Origin: Octopus vulgaris
Taxonomy: Eukaryota
Direction of reading: 5' to 3'
NCBI GenBank assembly: GCA_951406725.2
Contig: OX597835.1
Location: forward strand, 41,230,001 to 41,294,000
Length of the DNA stretch: 64,000 nt
Part shown: positions 50,480 through 64,000 of the stretch, one piece after another
Layout of the letters: each line of letters starts with the position of its first letter
How positions within the stretch are numbered: position 1 is the stretch's first letter
Translations under genes and position numbers: made by a program
Notes under the pieces: model-generated
What the model was told of the DNA's origin: nothing
Database searches by the model: none
Seen by the model: only the letters and a program-made list of their open reading frames with translations

Positions 50480-52399
50480 AGAAATCGTAACATTGTATTT
50501 CAATATTCATTGGCTCTCCCTTGGTTATGTTGATCGAATCGATGGAACAGCTTGCTCATGGAATTAACATGCAAGTGGCCGAGTATTCCACTAACATATG
50601 TATCTTTAACATAGTTCTCCAGCAAATTCAATAAGATACAAGGCTGGCCCTTTGACATACAGTTACTACTCGTTTTTTCCAGCTGAGTGGACTGGATCTA
50701 AGTGAAATAAAGTGTCATGAGTTCAATTCCTGACGTGGCTCTAGGTATTGAACTCGTGACTTTATGATTGCAAACCAAATACCCTAACTATGTGTGTGTG
50801 TGTATATATTTTGTTTCTTATACTTGTTTCAGTCATTCGACTGTGGTCATGCTGGAGCACAGCCTTGAAGGGTTTTAGTCAAACAAATCAACCCCAGGAC
50901 TTATTTCTTTTTTAAAGCCTATTACTTATTCCATTGGCCTCTTTTGCTGAACTGTTAAGTTATGGGGATGAAAACACACCCACACTGGTTGCTAAGCAGT
51001 GATGGGTGGGGGGACAAACACAGACAACAAAAATATACACACATATATACACGATGGGCTTCTTTCAGTTTCTATCTACCAAATCTACTCACAAGTAGAT
51101 GGAATAGACTTCACGATCAAAGACAGTCCAGTCGTGACTATCCACTCTTTTTTTCACACATCCAATTCTTTCACTGGTTTCAGTCATTTGACTGCGGCCA
51201 TGCTGGAGCAATGCTTTTTAGTCGAAGGAATCGACTCCAGGACTTATTCTTTGTAAGCCTGATATTTATTCTATCGGTCTCTTTTGCCAAACCGCTAAGT
51301 TACAGGGACGTAAATACACCAACATTGGTTGTCAAGTGATGGTGGGGTGACAAACAGGCACAAAAACACACACACACACACACATATATGATGGGCTTCT
51401 TTCAGTTTCCGTCTACCGAATCTACTCGTAAAGCTTTGGTCGGCCCGAGGCTATAGTAGAAGACACTTGCCCAAGATTCCACACAGTGGGACTGAACCCA
51501 GAACCTTGTGGTTGGGAAGCAAATATGCGTGTGTGTGTGTGTGTGTATGTAGTAGTAGTAGTGTTTATAATCTAGTGAACATGCAAAAATATGCTCTATT
51601 CTACGTAAGTGTTATAAGGAAATATTCCGAGATATATTTTATGACACACATATACACACATATGTAATCAGAGAGTGAATATTCATTTTCCCCGACCGCA
51701 GAGGGAATACCAACTTCTAACCACTTATACTATACACAAACTGGGATTGAACTAAATTGGTTTGCCCTCAATTGCATAACAGTGCAAATTTTGGCAATGG
51801 GAATAGTTAATTAGCAGAAGCATTACAAGACATTAGTTTTAACAGAGATGTAAGCTAAACTTATGGAGAGTTGCTTTTAGTAAACCCACACATCATTTTT
51901 AGGTTTGATGTGTAAAGTAGAAACTGCAGTTAAATCAGGTTTTTCTCTCTCTGAAGCCAGAAAAATAAAGGTCAACTTGACTGTTAATTATTCACATTGC
52001 TAATGTTGGTACCATTATGCAAATTAGGACAGGCCAATTTTTGAATTCTACGCAGGAGGTCTACACAGGTGCTGATTTATTTCTCATTCATGTTATATTA
52101 TGAGACCAAAATTAAGAATCATTTGTTGGGGGACATTTACTATTTACTATAACATAAGGGGACAAATTACACAAAGTAAATGCTTTATATTTATTATTAC
52201 ATCATTATCATTTTAACATCCATTTTCCTTATGACTGCATGGGTCGGATGAAGTTTGTTGAAGCAGATTTTTTATGGCTGGACGGATGCTCTTCCTGTTA
52301 CCAACCTCCATCTTTTTTCCAAGTAAGGTAATATTTCCCCATGAAAAGACATGTTTCCCACAGAAGACTGAAAAATGAGCAACATCAACATCATTTGTG

Positions 52400-52969
52400 C
52401 GATGCTTAGCGGTGTTTCGTCTGCCGTTACGTTCTGAGTTCAAATTCCGCCGTGGTCGACTTTGCCTTTCATCCTTTCGGGATCGATAAATTAAGTACCA
52501 GTTACGCACTGGGGTCAATGTAACCGACTTAATCCGTTTGTCTGTCCTTGTTTGTCCCCCTCTATGTTTAGCCCCTTGTGGGTAGTGAAGAAATAGGTAT
52601 TTCGTCTGCCGTTATGTTCTGAGTTCAAATTCCGCCATGGTCGACTTTGCCTTTCATCCTTTCGGGATCGATAAATTAAGTACCAGTCACGCACTGGGGT
52701 CAATGTAACCAACTTAATCCGTTTGTCTGTCCTTGTTTGTCCCCCTCTATGTTTAGCCCCTTGTGGGTAGTGAAGAAATAGGTATTTCGTCTGCCGTTAT
52801 GTTCTGAGTTCAAATTCCGCCATGGTCGACTTTGCCTTTCATCCTTTCGGGATCGATAAATTAAGTACCAGTCACGCACTGGGGTCAATGTAACCAACTT
52901 AATCCGTTTGTCTGTCCTTGTTTGTCCCCCTCTGTGTTTAGCCCCTTGTGGGTAGTAAAGAAACAGGTA
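52400..52969 (+). mobile_element. SINE family A body trimer (185-bp period)
   Basis: Units start at 52411, 52596 and 52781; a fourth start (ggta) at 52966. Confidence 0.9.
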
Positions 52970-53555
52970 ATGTTCATTTGTAGCCATCATGTAATGCCAG
53001 ATAAGAATGGGTGTGCACGCATGCATGCACCCACACACACACACACACACTGTATTTTCTGGCATACAAATTGATGTAGTGTAAGTATTCAAACGTAAGC
53101 ATTTTCTTTCCAAATCCTGCTGTATTTCATTTGGAACTTTTGATTCTCCAAAGTCCTCTTCATGTATAAGTTTTGGCTGGAAAATTTGGTCTGAAAATCT
53201 GACTTGTATGCCAAAAATACAGAGTGTCTGCATGAGTGTATACACATACATATACATACATACATACATATACATACATATATACACTCACATGATGGGC
53301 TTCTTTAAAAAGCAGTATATTTCATAAAAATATGGTAACTTGTCATTTCTCTCTTACTTGTTTCACTCATTGGACTGTGGCCATGTTGGAAAGCCACCTT
53401 GAAGGGTTTTGTTGAATAAATCAACTCCACTACTTTTTTTTTTTTTTTAAAGTTTGGTACTTATCGGTGTCTCTCACAGAACCACTAAGTTACAGGGACA
53501 TAAACAAACCAATACTGGTTGTCAAGCAATAGTAGGGCAAACATACAAAACAGAC

Positions 53556-53599
<44 letters not shown>

Positions 53600-54073
53600 T
53601 CACACACAATCTCACACACAAACACTCACACAATGGGCTTCTTTCAGTTTCTGTGCACAAAATCCACTCACAAGGCTCTGGGCTATAGTAGAAGACACTT
53701 TCCCCAAAGTGTCACACACTGGGACTGAACCCTAGATCACATGGTCGAGAAGCAAGCTTCTTAACCACATATCAACACCTGTGCCCCAGGAACATATTTT
53801 TCAAATTATCAAATATAACAACTACTACTACTACTACTACTACAATAATAATGTCCTTTTTGCTTCTTTTGGGGTTTCAGATTGTTTTATTTGAATGTAA
53901 ATGATTGGATTGACTGCCACCATTGAGCAATTTGGAATTGACCTGTGTACGGAAGCTGTCAAAAAACAGAGATTATCCAGAAATCATGGTGGATGGAAAT
54001 GTAGGGACTTCGAAGTGAAGCTCACTGCTATGAAAATAAATCATGTCTTGTGATGAGTGTCCGATCTCTCTAG

Positions 54074-54243
54074 GGTAGGGTTTCCCAACCAGGAGTGCAA
54101 GATAGCATTCAAGGGGGTGCAAGCAGGGCCGGATTTATAGAGGGCCAGTGAGGGCAAAATCCCCAAGCACCTTTATTCTTAATATAAATTATTAGTTTAA
54201 AAGTTTTTAGGGGTGCAGGGCATAAAAAAGGTTGGGAACCACT
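54074..54243. mobile_element. hAT-like MITE, degenerate
   Basis: gtttcccaacc / ggttgggaacc TIR cores. Confidence 0.5.
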
Positions 54244-55469
54244 TCGTTAGGGTATCATTTGCAGATAATTTGCTGAGTATCGGTGGTGTTATTTTGACGA
54301 CTTTTGGTTGTTTGGTTTTAAAGGCGGTGCTCCAGCATGGCTGCAGTCAAATGACTGAAACAAGTAAAAGAGTAAAGCGTAAACTAAATATCTGAAGTAG
54401 GTTTGAAATCACAAAGATGAGATTAGTTCTACAATCTGAAGTGGTGTAATTGAAAATATGTTGAAGAGGGATTTATCTAGATACAAGCTCTGATATTAAT
54501 AGATGAGATTTTGTGATATTTATACATTTTTCTCATGGACATTAGTGACCTAGCTAAAGCAAGATAAATGAGTTAGGTTGCAACAATCCTGTTGTGGATA
54601 TAAACGTGGCATGTATAGTCTGGAAGTGGGCCACAAGTTTTTGAAAATTTGTTTTATAAAGCATAGCGTTTAGACATGCATATTTCTTTACAATTAAGGG
54701 CAATGCAAGCCTCTGCTTGTTTTAAAACAATTTTATTACTTGATATTTATGTAACAAAACTATAGCACTTGTGCTGGTGGCATGTGAAATATTCATGCGA
54801 GGTCGTCGCCAGTGCCACTGGACTGGCTCCTGTGCAGGTGGCACATAAAAAGCACCATTTGGGCGTGGCCATTGCCAGTACCACCAAACTGGCCCTCGTG
54901 CTGATGGCACGTAAAAGCAACCACTACACTCTCGGAGTGGTTGGTGTTAGGAAGGGCACTGAAGAAACTGCCAGATCAGATTGGAGTCTGGTTCGCCAGA
55001 CCTCAGTCAAATCGTCCAACCCATGCTAGCATGGAAAGCGGACGTTAAATGATGATGATGATGTGTTGTATCACTTTTAGCATCTTATTCAGTGTACAGT
55101 GGATTAGAAAAGATTGTAAATCACTGCTCTGTAATAAGGGATATAAAGGCACATGGCCTAATGGCTAATGCTTCCCTCTCAATCAAAAAATTCATAGGTT
55201 CAATTTCTGGACCAGGCAGCTTGTATCCTTGAGCAAGGTCCTTTTGCACATTACTTAAAACCAGTACCAGCCTAGTGCTGGTGCAGCTCTCCCCCTGTCT
55301 CCAGCAGACACCTCATTGATGTTATGCTAGGTCACGGGACCAAGAACTGACAGGGTGTCTGTACCTTCATGTGAACACTTATACCCTTAAAACATTCAGC
55401 AAAAGTGTGATATAAGCAAGCAGGTCATACTCACTTGTGAGTGACAATTAAGTGTAAGAAGGCATTAAA

Positions 55470-55869
55470 GGTGGGATCAGAAACCTGGACGTTATCAAAG
55501 AAGCTTGAGAGGCGGTTGGATGGAACTTACACTTGCCTCCTTATGAGAGCTCAAAATCTCTCATGGAAGTGTCATCCAACCAAAGTACAAATATATGGGA
55601 AACTACCACCTGTGTCATCTCTTGTGAAAGGTAGAAGAGTCCAGTTTGCTGGACATTGTTGTAGAGCTGAAAACGAGGTAATTTCTACTCTTCTCCTCTG
55701 GAAGCCATCTGCTCGCGATACCAGAGAGTGCACACTCTCCTACCCTGATGTAATCTCCAGGGATACAGGCATCCAGCAACAGGACCTCCACAATGCTATG
55801 ATGGACCATGGAATCTGGCGTAGCATGGCAAATTCCATTGTCTCGACCACGGTCGAACAATGATGATGT
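55470..55869 (+). mobile_element. 5'-truncated RTE/RTE-X LINE 3' end with (TGA)n tail
   Basis: GSETWTLSKKLERRLDGTYT..NLSWK..RRVQFAGHC..LLLWKP; stop followed by tgatgatg. Confidence 0.8.
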
Positions 55870-57802
55870 TTGTATGACCTGGTAGGAAAATTCTTACCTC
55901 TGCCCAGCAGCATTTACCCTTCAGATGAGATGGTTGATACAAATAAACTACTCTGTTACAAATTCATAGGTTGTGGTTTCAAATTTGCTTCAGATATTTC
56001 ATTGTGATTCAGGACGGAACTTGTTTGTAATACTTTTTTTTTTCCCTTTTTTCCTGCAAGCAACCATTGCCTGGAATCATAAAGGGTCCATTCATATGCT
56101 TCTCTGTCCTTGGGATATAGAAACTTCAGTTTGATCGGGTGGTGGGGTTGTCGTCCCCTTTAACACCACCACTTGGTCCTTAAATATCTTTACTGGAATT
56201 TATTCCCCAGCAAGGATTCGGATCAGGTCATTGATCTAAGGATAGGTCCCCCTCCCTCCTTCCTCCATCGCTCACAAAATCCCCGAAAAAGGTCAGAACC
56301 TCTGTCCTTCTTCCTTTGAATAAACCATTTAAAAATATGGAAAAAGGAAAAAATAAAAAAGTAACTCATAATTAATTAGGTAAGAAAAAATACAAAAATA
56401 TAATCTAAAATAATATTTAACATTATTTCTCTTCCCCTTCTCCTTATACTCATCTTCTTCCTCTGCCCTCCCCCTTTCTACCCTCTCTCTATCACTCATG
56501 TCCTTCCATCTCTCATCTCCTACCACCTCCTGTACTGACTGCACCATCTTCATCACTCGACATCCCTCATCCTACACTGGGTCTATGTATGAGAGATTCC
56601 ATCTGACTAACCTCATCCTTCTATCACACACACACCCATCTCTAGGCCATGTACAAGAGGCTTCTTCAAACTATCTTTGCCCATTGCATTTCTTCTTCTG
56701 CCAGTCATTACTCTCTCTCCCCATGTCCTCTTTATTATCATTCATCACCTTATCTTTGTTTACCTCTGTTGTTACCAGCCACTCTCCTCCTTATCCCATC
56801 CAGCTATTCTTCGTTTTCTACCATTTCTCCTTTCATCCACCCATTTTAGTCTTTCTATTGCCCTTTTCCTCTATATCCTTTCTAGGTCACTTGACTAAAC
56901 GTACATTCCCTTAGGCTATTGAATACTTTCTCTCACTTACACTCTTTCCCCTCTTACACACCTGTTTCGTGTCTCTCTCTCTCTCTCCTTATCCTCCTCT
57001 TCTAAACTCCTTTCATTGCTGAGTTTTCTCTTCCCTACATTTACAATGTACAAACCACCTTCTCCTATACTATGGCCATGGTATAGTCCTGCTCCCTATA
57101 CTCCCACTAGAGTGATTGTGAGCAAGACAACCTCTGTAGTGGTGGTCACATGAAAACTAGATCCAGTCCAAACTGTAAATCTTCATCATCATCATCATCG
57201 TTTAACGTCCGCTTTCCATGCTAGCATGGGTTGGACAGTTCAACTGGGGTCTGGGAAGCCAGGAGGCTGCACCAGGTCCAGTCTGATCTGGCAATGTTTC
57301 TACGGCTGGATGTCCTAATGCCAACCACTCCGTGAGTGTAGTGGGTGCTTTTTACGTGCCAGGCGAGGCTGGCAAACGGCCACGATCGGATTGGTGCTTT
57401 TTATGTGCTTTTTACGTAAAGTAATTGGCAAACAAGTAGAGAAATCACAAGGTTAAGTGGTCCATTTTGTCCTGTTTTGCTGAAGACTTAACCAACCTCT
57501 CTTAATGTTAGTCCAATACAAATTGCATTGATTACACCCATGAGCAGTGGTTGGTGGATAGGAAGGGTATCTTGCTGGAGAAACCAAGCTAGAATTACGT
57601 GTATGAGCATTGGCGAATGGATGGGAACAGAGACTCTCAACAAGGAATGGCTGGAACTGTGATGACTCATCCAACCCATGTCAGCATGGAAAGTAGGATT
57701 CAGTTATTCACACACGCACGCACGCACACACACACACATGCACACACACACACACACACACACTCACGTGAATGTATGTATATATTTATGTGTGTGTGTG
57801 TG

Positions 57803-57838
<36 letters not shown>

Positions 57839-57868
57839 TCATTCTTACAGTGTTATGAATACTTGCGT

Positions 57869-57906
<38 letters not shown>

Positions 57907-58469
57907 GAGTGTATATATGCATATTTGGGAATGTATGTACATATGCACGTATGTATACACACAGACATGCACATGCACACATATACTGCATTAGTGTGTG
58001 TGTGTGTGTGTGTTAGAGAGAGAGAAATCCTTCCCTCTCAATTTACAGACTTCCTCGGTTTCTCGCCTAATAACATGTTAACATCCTGTTGATGACCTAA
58101 AAATTACTATTAAAAACCAAACCAACCGACCAGCCAACCAACCGGCCGACTCTCCAACTCGTTAAGTGAATGAGTACTTCAAATGAGTTGTTGTCATTAA
58201 ATGCCATGCATTTCTAGGTTGGAACCACAAGGTATTTAGATTTTGGCTCAGTACCGAAATAGTTCCTACACTCATTTGTTCAGTACTGAATGTGACTGTG
58301 TCAACTCAGTTGCTAAACCAGCAAGGGAACTCGCTCATGGTCGATGATCAGCTTCCTAGAAATCATAGCCAAATTGCTCTTAAACAGTGATAGATTACAT
58401 GATGTCTTTATAAAACTGACTGGTCGTGGTTAGAAAGCTTTTAATCAAGTCATGTCTTTTGCATTTGTG

Positions 58470-58852
58470 CCCTGTTGAATCAGTCTCCTCCACATTTGTC
58501 TGTCATCTCTGAAAGACATTTTTTTTCCCCAACAACTATTTCACATCCATTTCACAACATCTGCCTCTTCTTTTGCCATATACCGGTTCCCTTAGTAACA
58601 GTTGATGTACAACTTCACCTTTTCTTCACCAACAGTCTCTCGCAAACTGAAGTCAGTGTTGTTTGAGAGTTTGTGTTAAAAATGGTAATATTTCCAGATA
58701 ATAAACTGTTTTGGTAAATGTTGCTTCCAAGAGATATTCTTCATTCTCCTTAGCAACTTGTTACATATTCTGTTTAGTCTGCTTTCTATAACTTCGTAAG
58801 TGTTTGGCATTTGAATCCATGTATAAATATGATTTCTACAATAGTTCTAAGA
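58470..58852 (-). mobile_element. Old RTE/RTE-X LINE fragment
   Basis: Pieces RTIVEIIFIHGFKCQTLTK, LLRRMKNISWKQH, QLLLREPVYGKRRGR resemble the 55470 element. Confidence 0.55.
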
Positions 58853-58885
58853 AAAAAAAAATGTATTTTGAGGTTATTAAGTAGA

Positions 58886-59277
58886 CGAGCAAAACACCCA
58901 CCGTCCAATGGACGGTGCTGAGTTGTCAAATATTTAAACCAAATTTTTGCAAAACAACTTGTCCAACCATCCCATAGGCCTCCACTTTGAGAAACACTGA
59001 TTTAACCTAAATTTGAGACACCAGCAAAAGAAGAAATAAAGATAGACTTTTTTTCTATCCCAAAGAAAAACGATTTTATTGCATGTACAAATGCATGTTC
59101 CCATGGCTTTATCAATCACATTCTCACCAGGAATCGATTTTTGTAATTTTTTCAAGACTTATACTCACCCTGATACCATCAGTATCTACATATTAAATTT
59201 GAGCGCAATCAGATGGAGGATGCCCGAGATCCTAGAAGATACACACACAGACAGACAGAAGGATTCTATATAATAGA
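58886..59277 (-). mobile_element. Non-autonomous Helitron-like element
   Basis: Minus strand starts A|TCTATTATAT with (CTGT)n near the 5' end; ends with hairpin caccgtcca-t-tggacggtg, 9 nt, then CTCG|T; inserted between A and T, no TSD. Confidence 0.65.
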
Positions 59278-59422
59278 TTTGACTGACATATTTTAAACAT
59301 TTTGTTCATTGCTGACCATGCCAATTTGGTTCTTTTTTCACTGTCTCTCTTCTTTGAGCTTTCTATCCACGATTCCAAATATTTGAAGTTAGTTAAAGTT
59401 TACACTTTTTCATGATAAAATC

Positions 59423-59668
59423 CAGTGTTTCTCACCCATTTTTCACCTGTGGACCCTCATAGTTGTTCAATGCTTAAAAGATCTTATTCTATTTTTTTAA
59501 TTAAATATCATTAGAAATAGTATATAAGAAAAATTGTTAAAATATTTTGTGAATTATAACCAATTTATTGTGAATAAATTTTATCAACAAAAGCTTATAT
59601 TGACCCCCACCAAGGGTTATATGGGCCCCCAAGGGCCATATGTACCCAAAGGGAGTTGAGAACCACTG
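59423..59668. mobile_element. hAT (Charlie-like) MITE
   Basis: cagtgtttctca / tgagaaccactg; TSD ataaaatc / atataatc. Confidence 0.8.
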
Positions 59669-59849
59669 ATATAATCACTTGTTCTTGTTGACTGAAAACC
59701 ATAAACTTAATCTTAGCATCATTGCAGTCTGATCTGTCTGGCATCTTCATTGAACCATTTAATCAGTGGTTGAGCTTCTTTCATAAGTATTAAAGTAAGA
59801 GATATATCATTGATATATAATCTCTATCAGTTATAATCACAGTATTGAC

Positions 59850-60110
59850 CACCAGACCATCAGATGCTGTCTGATGCCGATGGTCACAGAATGCCTTCAG
59901 TTCGGTCTTGATTGCGCCATTCTTTCCTATTTTGACCCAAATTGCTCAGCTAAATTCTCTACCCCTCATTATGGACACCTTCCAAGCAGCCTTTTCTGAT
60001 CCCTTGGATACCACTCAGTGACTGCATGGGTCCACCTGTTGTCTGTAAACCTTGTGACCTGTCTGGCCTTGTGGGACTTGTGCTTTTGGTACTCATCCAC
60101 TCACGTCATC
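59850..60110 (-). mobile_element. RTE-clade LINE 3' fragment
   Basis: RFTDNRWTHAVTEWYPRDQKRLLGR. Confidence 0.65.
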
Positions 60111-60174
60111 CACTCTCCTCCGTTTTCATAATAACTGGGGTTTTTTTCTACATTTGATGTGGCAGTCGGTGGTG

Positions 60175-60350
60175 ACCAATTCAAAGTTACAATGAATAGG
60201 AACAGTGCAAGTCTACCTCCTTACAGTACTCCAAACCAGGATCTCAAAGAAATCTGTGTCACCATCGGGTGATAAAAATCCAAGTGACAGTCTATTTGTT
60301 GAGAATGTTGATTGTATCTTTGATGGTTCCTGGAATACACTATCTCTTGA
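60175..60350 (-). mobile_element. Degenerate RTE-X-like reverse transcriptase fragment
   Basis: LSPDGDTDFFEILV followed by a frameshifted GVL.G..LA.FLFIVTL (motif B region). Confidence 0.6.
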
Positions 60351-60723
60351 GAATCTACAGCAGTTTGACTCAGTGAATTTATTATAGTTCTGCTTAGTCA
60401 TGGCTGACCCGGGACTACCACTACTACTACATATACTGCTACTATTACTACTACTACTACTGCTGCTATTGCTGCTGCTGCTGCTGCTGCTACTACTACT
60501 ACTCAGCCTGTCTCAACATCTGACTGTTGTCTTCACTGAAATCCATTCCATGCCCAACACCCACTATTTCTGTTTCCTCCTCATACTACATCTCTCACTT
60601 CCACTGTCAAACCAAAGGGGAAACCGCTACGCAGTCATTTTGATCTGCTAAAAGATAGCAACCAAATTTAACCTCAAATTACATTCTGCTGTCTTAAAAA
60701 CGGAGGGACATGACCCAGTCTTG

Positions 60724-61142
60724 GGCGGCGAGCTGGCAGAATCGTTAGCAGGCCGGGAGAAATGCTTAGCAGTATTTCGTCTGCCGTTACGTTGTGAGTT
60801 CAAATTCCACCGAGGTCGACTTTGCCTTTCATCCTTTCGGGGTCGATAAATTAAGCACAAGTTACGCACTGGGGTCGATGTAATCGACTTAATCCGCCTG
60901 TCCTTGTTTGTCCTCTCTGTGTTTAGCCCCTTGTGGGTAGTAAAGAAATAGGTATTTCGTCTGCCGTTACGTTCTGAGTTCAAATTCCGCCGAGGTCGAC
61001 TTTGCCTTTCATCCTTTCGGGGTCGATAAATTAAACACCAGTTACGCACTAGGGTCACGATGTAATCGACTTAATACCTATGTCTGTCCTTGTTTGTCCC
61101 CTCTATGTTTAGCCCCTTGTGGGTAATAAAGAAATAGGTATT
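60724..61142 (+). mobile_element. SINE family A dimer plus the start of a third unit
   Basis: Units start at 60771, 60951 and 61137. Confidence 0.9.
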
Positions 61143-61255
61143 CTAGAAGTTTTGTTCTGTAGCACACATGGCATGCTATATACAAACTCCATCCACCTGT
61201 ATTATTGTCAGAGCACCTAGCTTACAGTAGTTCACATTTAAATCCTGTGTTTATT

Positions 61256-61318
<63 letters not shown>

Positions 61319-62988
61319 TCTTGAGGATGGTTCGTTGAATCCAGTACAAGTGAGGGATAATATGTAAACAACTGTAATAACACAATTATCTCCCTTACAA
61401 CTATTTTTACATCTTTTTCACACAGAGAAACAAATACATTGTGCGTGTGCGTGTGTGTGTGCACGTGCAGGTTTTCATTGTTTTCTCTCATCTTATGTAA
61501 GCTGATCATACAGCATCCTTTCCCCCCTCTCAGTTTTCCCTTTGTGTCTCTCTCTCTCCCCCTCTCATTAACGCTTAGTACGTTTAATCTGTCGTATGGC
61601 CTTGGGGGCATTTATTAAACATTTGGATGAGATCTCCTTACCACCCGCACTTACTCCTTACCACCCTCGGAGGCCCTACAAGAAAGAGCATCAGTGTTGT
61701 TCTTCATCCACCAAGTACCCATAATGTGTGTGTGTATTTGGGGTCGATAAATTAAGTACCAGTTACGCACTGGGGTCGATATAATTGACTTAAACCCTTT
61801 GTCTGTCCTTGTTTGTCCCCTCTGTGTTTAGCCCCTTGTGGGCAATAAAGAAATATATATGCACACACACACATACACACATATATATATATATATACAT
61901 ACATTATAGGTGCAGGGGTGGTTGTGTGGTAAGAAGCTTGCTTCCCAACCACATGGTTCCAGGTTCAGTCTCACTGCATGGCACCTTGGCCAAGTGTCTT
62001 CCACTACAGCCTTGGGCTGACCAAAACCTTGTGAGTGGATTTGGTCGACAGAAACTAAAAAAAGGCCCATTACACGCACGCACACGCACACACACAGACA
62101 CACACAACCAGACTGGAACCTGATGCAGCTTCCCAGCTTGCCAGCTCTGGTCAAACTGTCCAACCCATGCCAGCATCTTCATCCTTTAATGGATGTTAAA
62201 GGATGGTGATGATGGTGAAGGGGAAAAAAAGAAAAAAGTCCAGTAATTTTCATTTTTAGGGTGGTGCATACACACACACATGGTTAAATGATATGTGTAT
62301 TTATATATACACTGTATATCTATCTATGTATCCTCTCTCTCTCTCTCTGTATATATATATATGTATATATATATATAATGAATGTAAACCCTAACTGTGA
62401 AACCCAGACCCCTAAACGCAGTGCATTTCTTCTATGTTATTTCTTTAGTGCACTTATAATGCACCTGGTTAAATAGACATGTAATTAATATTCCTGAACC
62501 TTTATTATCTGCCCCCTGCAGTCAGCTGCATGCCTTAACTACTTAAAAGTATGTATGGGTATGGATACGGGGGGGCCAACGACTTGCAGTGAAATAACTA
62601 AAGCAATAAGCAAAATCCCTAAAAAAGTAAAACTAAGCTGTCAGTCATAATGATTAGAAGAAGTGAACCCTAACTGTGAGGTAGGGGTCAGGGTACCGTT
62701 TAGAAAGTCATTAAGTATTTATTTTGTATCAGAGAAGCCCTGTATACTCTTACGTATTTTTGTTTTTAAATGTGTGTATATCTCAGGTTTCTTAATTGGT
62801 TTAGGCAACAATTTTTTTCGCCTTAATTTTCTTCATTAATTAGTCATGAACAAAATGTGTTTATACATGGCATTGGTACTGTTTGTGTGATGGTCACTGT
62901 CACTTTTCTTGGTGAGAAACGGACCAAAAAGGGAAGCAGTGACCAACTGCCTACTTATACAAGAAATGGTTAATTTATTGTTCCTTAA

Positions 62989-63210
62989 CCCTTTAGTGTT
63001 TGGCATTATTATACCAAAATTAATCCTTTTTTATCCACATTGCCTTAAACTAATCATGCATTATCTTGTAGCTATGAGATTCTAATGAGGTAGCTGTTAA
63101 TTTTTAAAATGATATTGTAGGGTTGGTGTGAGAGACCAGATCTGTCCAGTTTCAACATAAAACAGGCAGAATACTTTTGGCCGGATATGGTCGGTTTAAA
63201 TGCTAAAGGG
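62989..63210. mobile_element. piggyBac-type MITE
   Basis: TTAA|ccctttag ... ctaaaggg|TTAA. Confidence 0.8.
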
Positions 63211-63494
63211 TTAAAACTCAGGTTTTGTTGGAACTCCTGGGATCTTGATGCTTAATGGGCTTAAGGCCTGAAATTTTGCGGGAGGGGACTAGTTGATTAC
63301 ATCAACCCCAGTGTTTCACTGATACTTTATTTATCGACCCTGAAAGGGTGAAAGGCAAAGTCAACCTTGGCTGAATTTGAACTTAGAATGTAAAGGCTGA
63401 CGAAATGCCGCTAAGCATTCTGCCCGGTGTATTAACGATTCTGCACAATCCTCTTAAGGACAAAATAGCCCAGCTAATGAAGATGAAGATGAAG

Positions 63495-63578
63495 ATAGTG
63501 CCAATTATTGTTGGGTCCTTAGGGACAGTATCTGAAGGCATCAAGAAGAATACAAAGGAAATCGGAATAAAGTGCCCG
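63495..63578 (+). mobile_element. R4/Dong-like 3' fragment interrupted by a MITE (continues at 63980-64000)
   Basis: IVPIIVGSLGTVSEGIKKNTKEIGIKCP joins in frame to VKLLQK across the MITE. Confidence 0.55.
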
Positions 63579-63979
63579 GATCTTTTCGGTTTGAATGACA
63601 GTTTTTCTAGCAGTGTCATATGAAATTGTCACCCATAATTATGACCCTAGTATCGATCTATTGCATTTCAATCTGTTTTAGGGTTGGGGGAGGGGTATCT
63701 TTTTTTCTTCACAAATGTAAATAAACCCAATCTGTTTCTTAAACGAGGGACATATTCATACAGCACAGAATGTTTTCACCTCAATGGACGTCATTGATTG
63801 GTTGAAATTGCAGAAATTGAAGAAAAAAAACAACAAATATCTTACAAACTATAGAATTTTCTCAATAAAGCCAAGAGAAAAAGATGTTTTATAAACACAT
63901 TCTACCAGTATACAAAGTTTAAAATTTTTTAGTTACCTAGAAATTATGTTAAAAACTGCCGTTCAAACCGAAAAGATCC
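63579..63979. mobile_element. MITE of the GGATCTTTTCGG-TIR family (opposite orientation to the other copies)
   Basis: Both TIRs intact. Confidence 0.9.
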
Positions 63980-64000
63980 AGTAAAATTGTTACAAAAGAC

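Noticed and set aside
57-62476. Numerous ORFs rich in YI, CV, HT, SL, poly-Y/L/I, and recurring peptides such as RRASFSFRLPNPLTRLWS
   Set aside because: They are translations of microsatellites and SINE copies, not genes

Overview
AT-rich, microsatellite-dense animal DNA with no confidently identifiable host gene. The SINE families and repeat landscape point to a coleoid cephalopod, probably Octopus (inference). Almost all listed ORFs are microsatellite or SINE artefacts. The real coding remnants come from mobile elements: a Penelope-like (Naiad-type) GIY-YIG endonuclease, an R4/Dong non-LTR element in a (TAA)n tract, and L1/Tx1, RTE, CRE-like and hAT fragments. There are also three abundant SINE families, hAT, piggyBac and GG-ended MITEs, and a non-autonomous Helitron. 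The most notable unannotated signal is about a dozen minimal type I hammerhead ribozyme (HHR) motifs, found by eye. They lie in short elements embedded in (TA)n tracts with Penelope-like tandem or inverted architecture, and they include C3:G8, U3:A8 and G3:C8 core variants. Two stand out: a 481-bp retrozyme-like tandem, and a tRNA-headed (Pol III) SINE that carries a hammerhead. All alignments and folds were done by inspection; none was computed.
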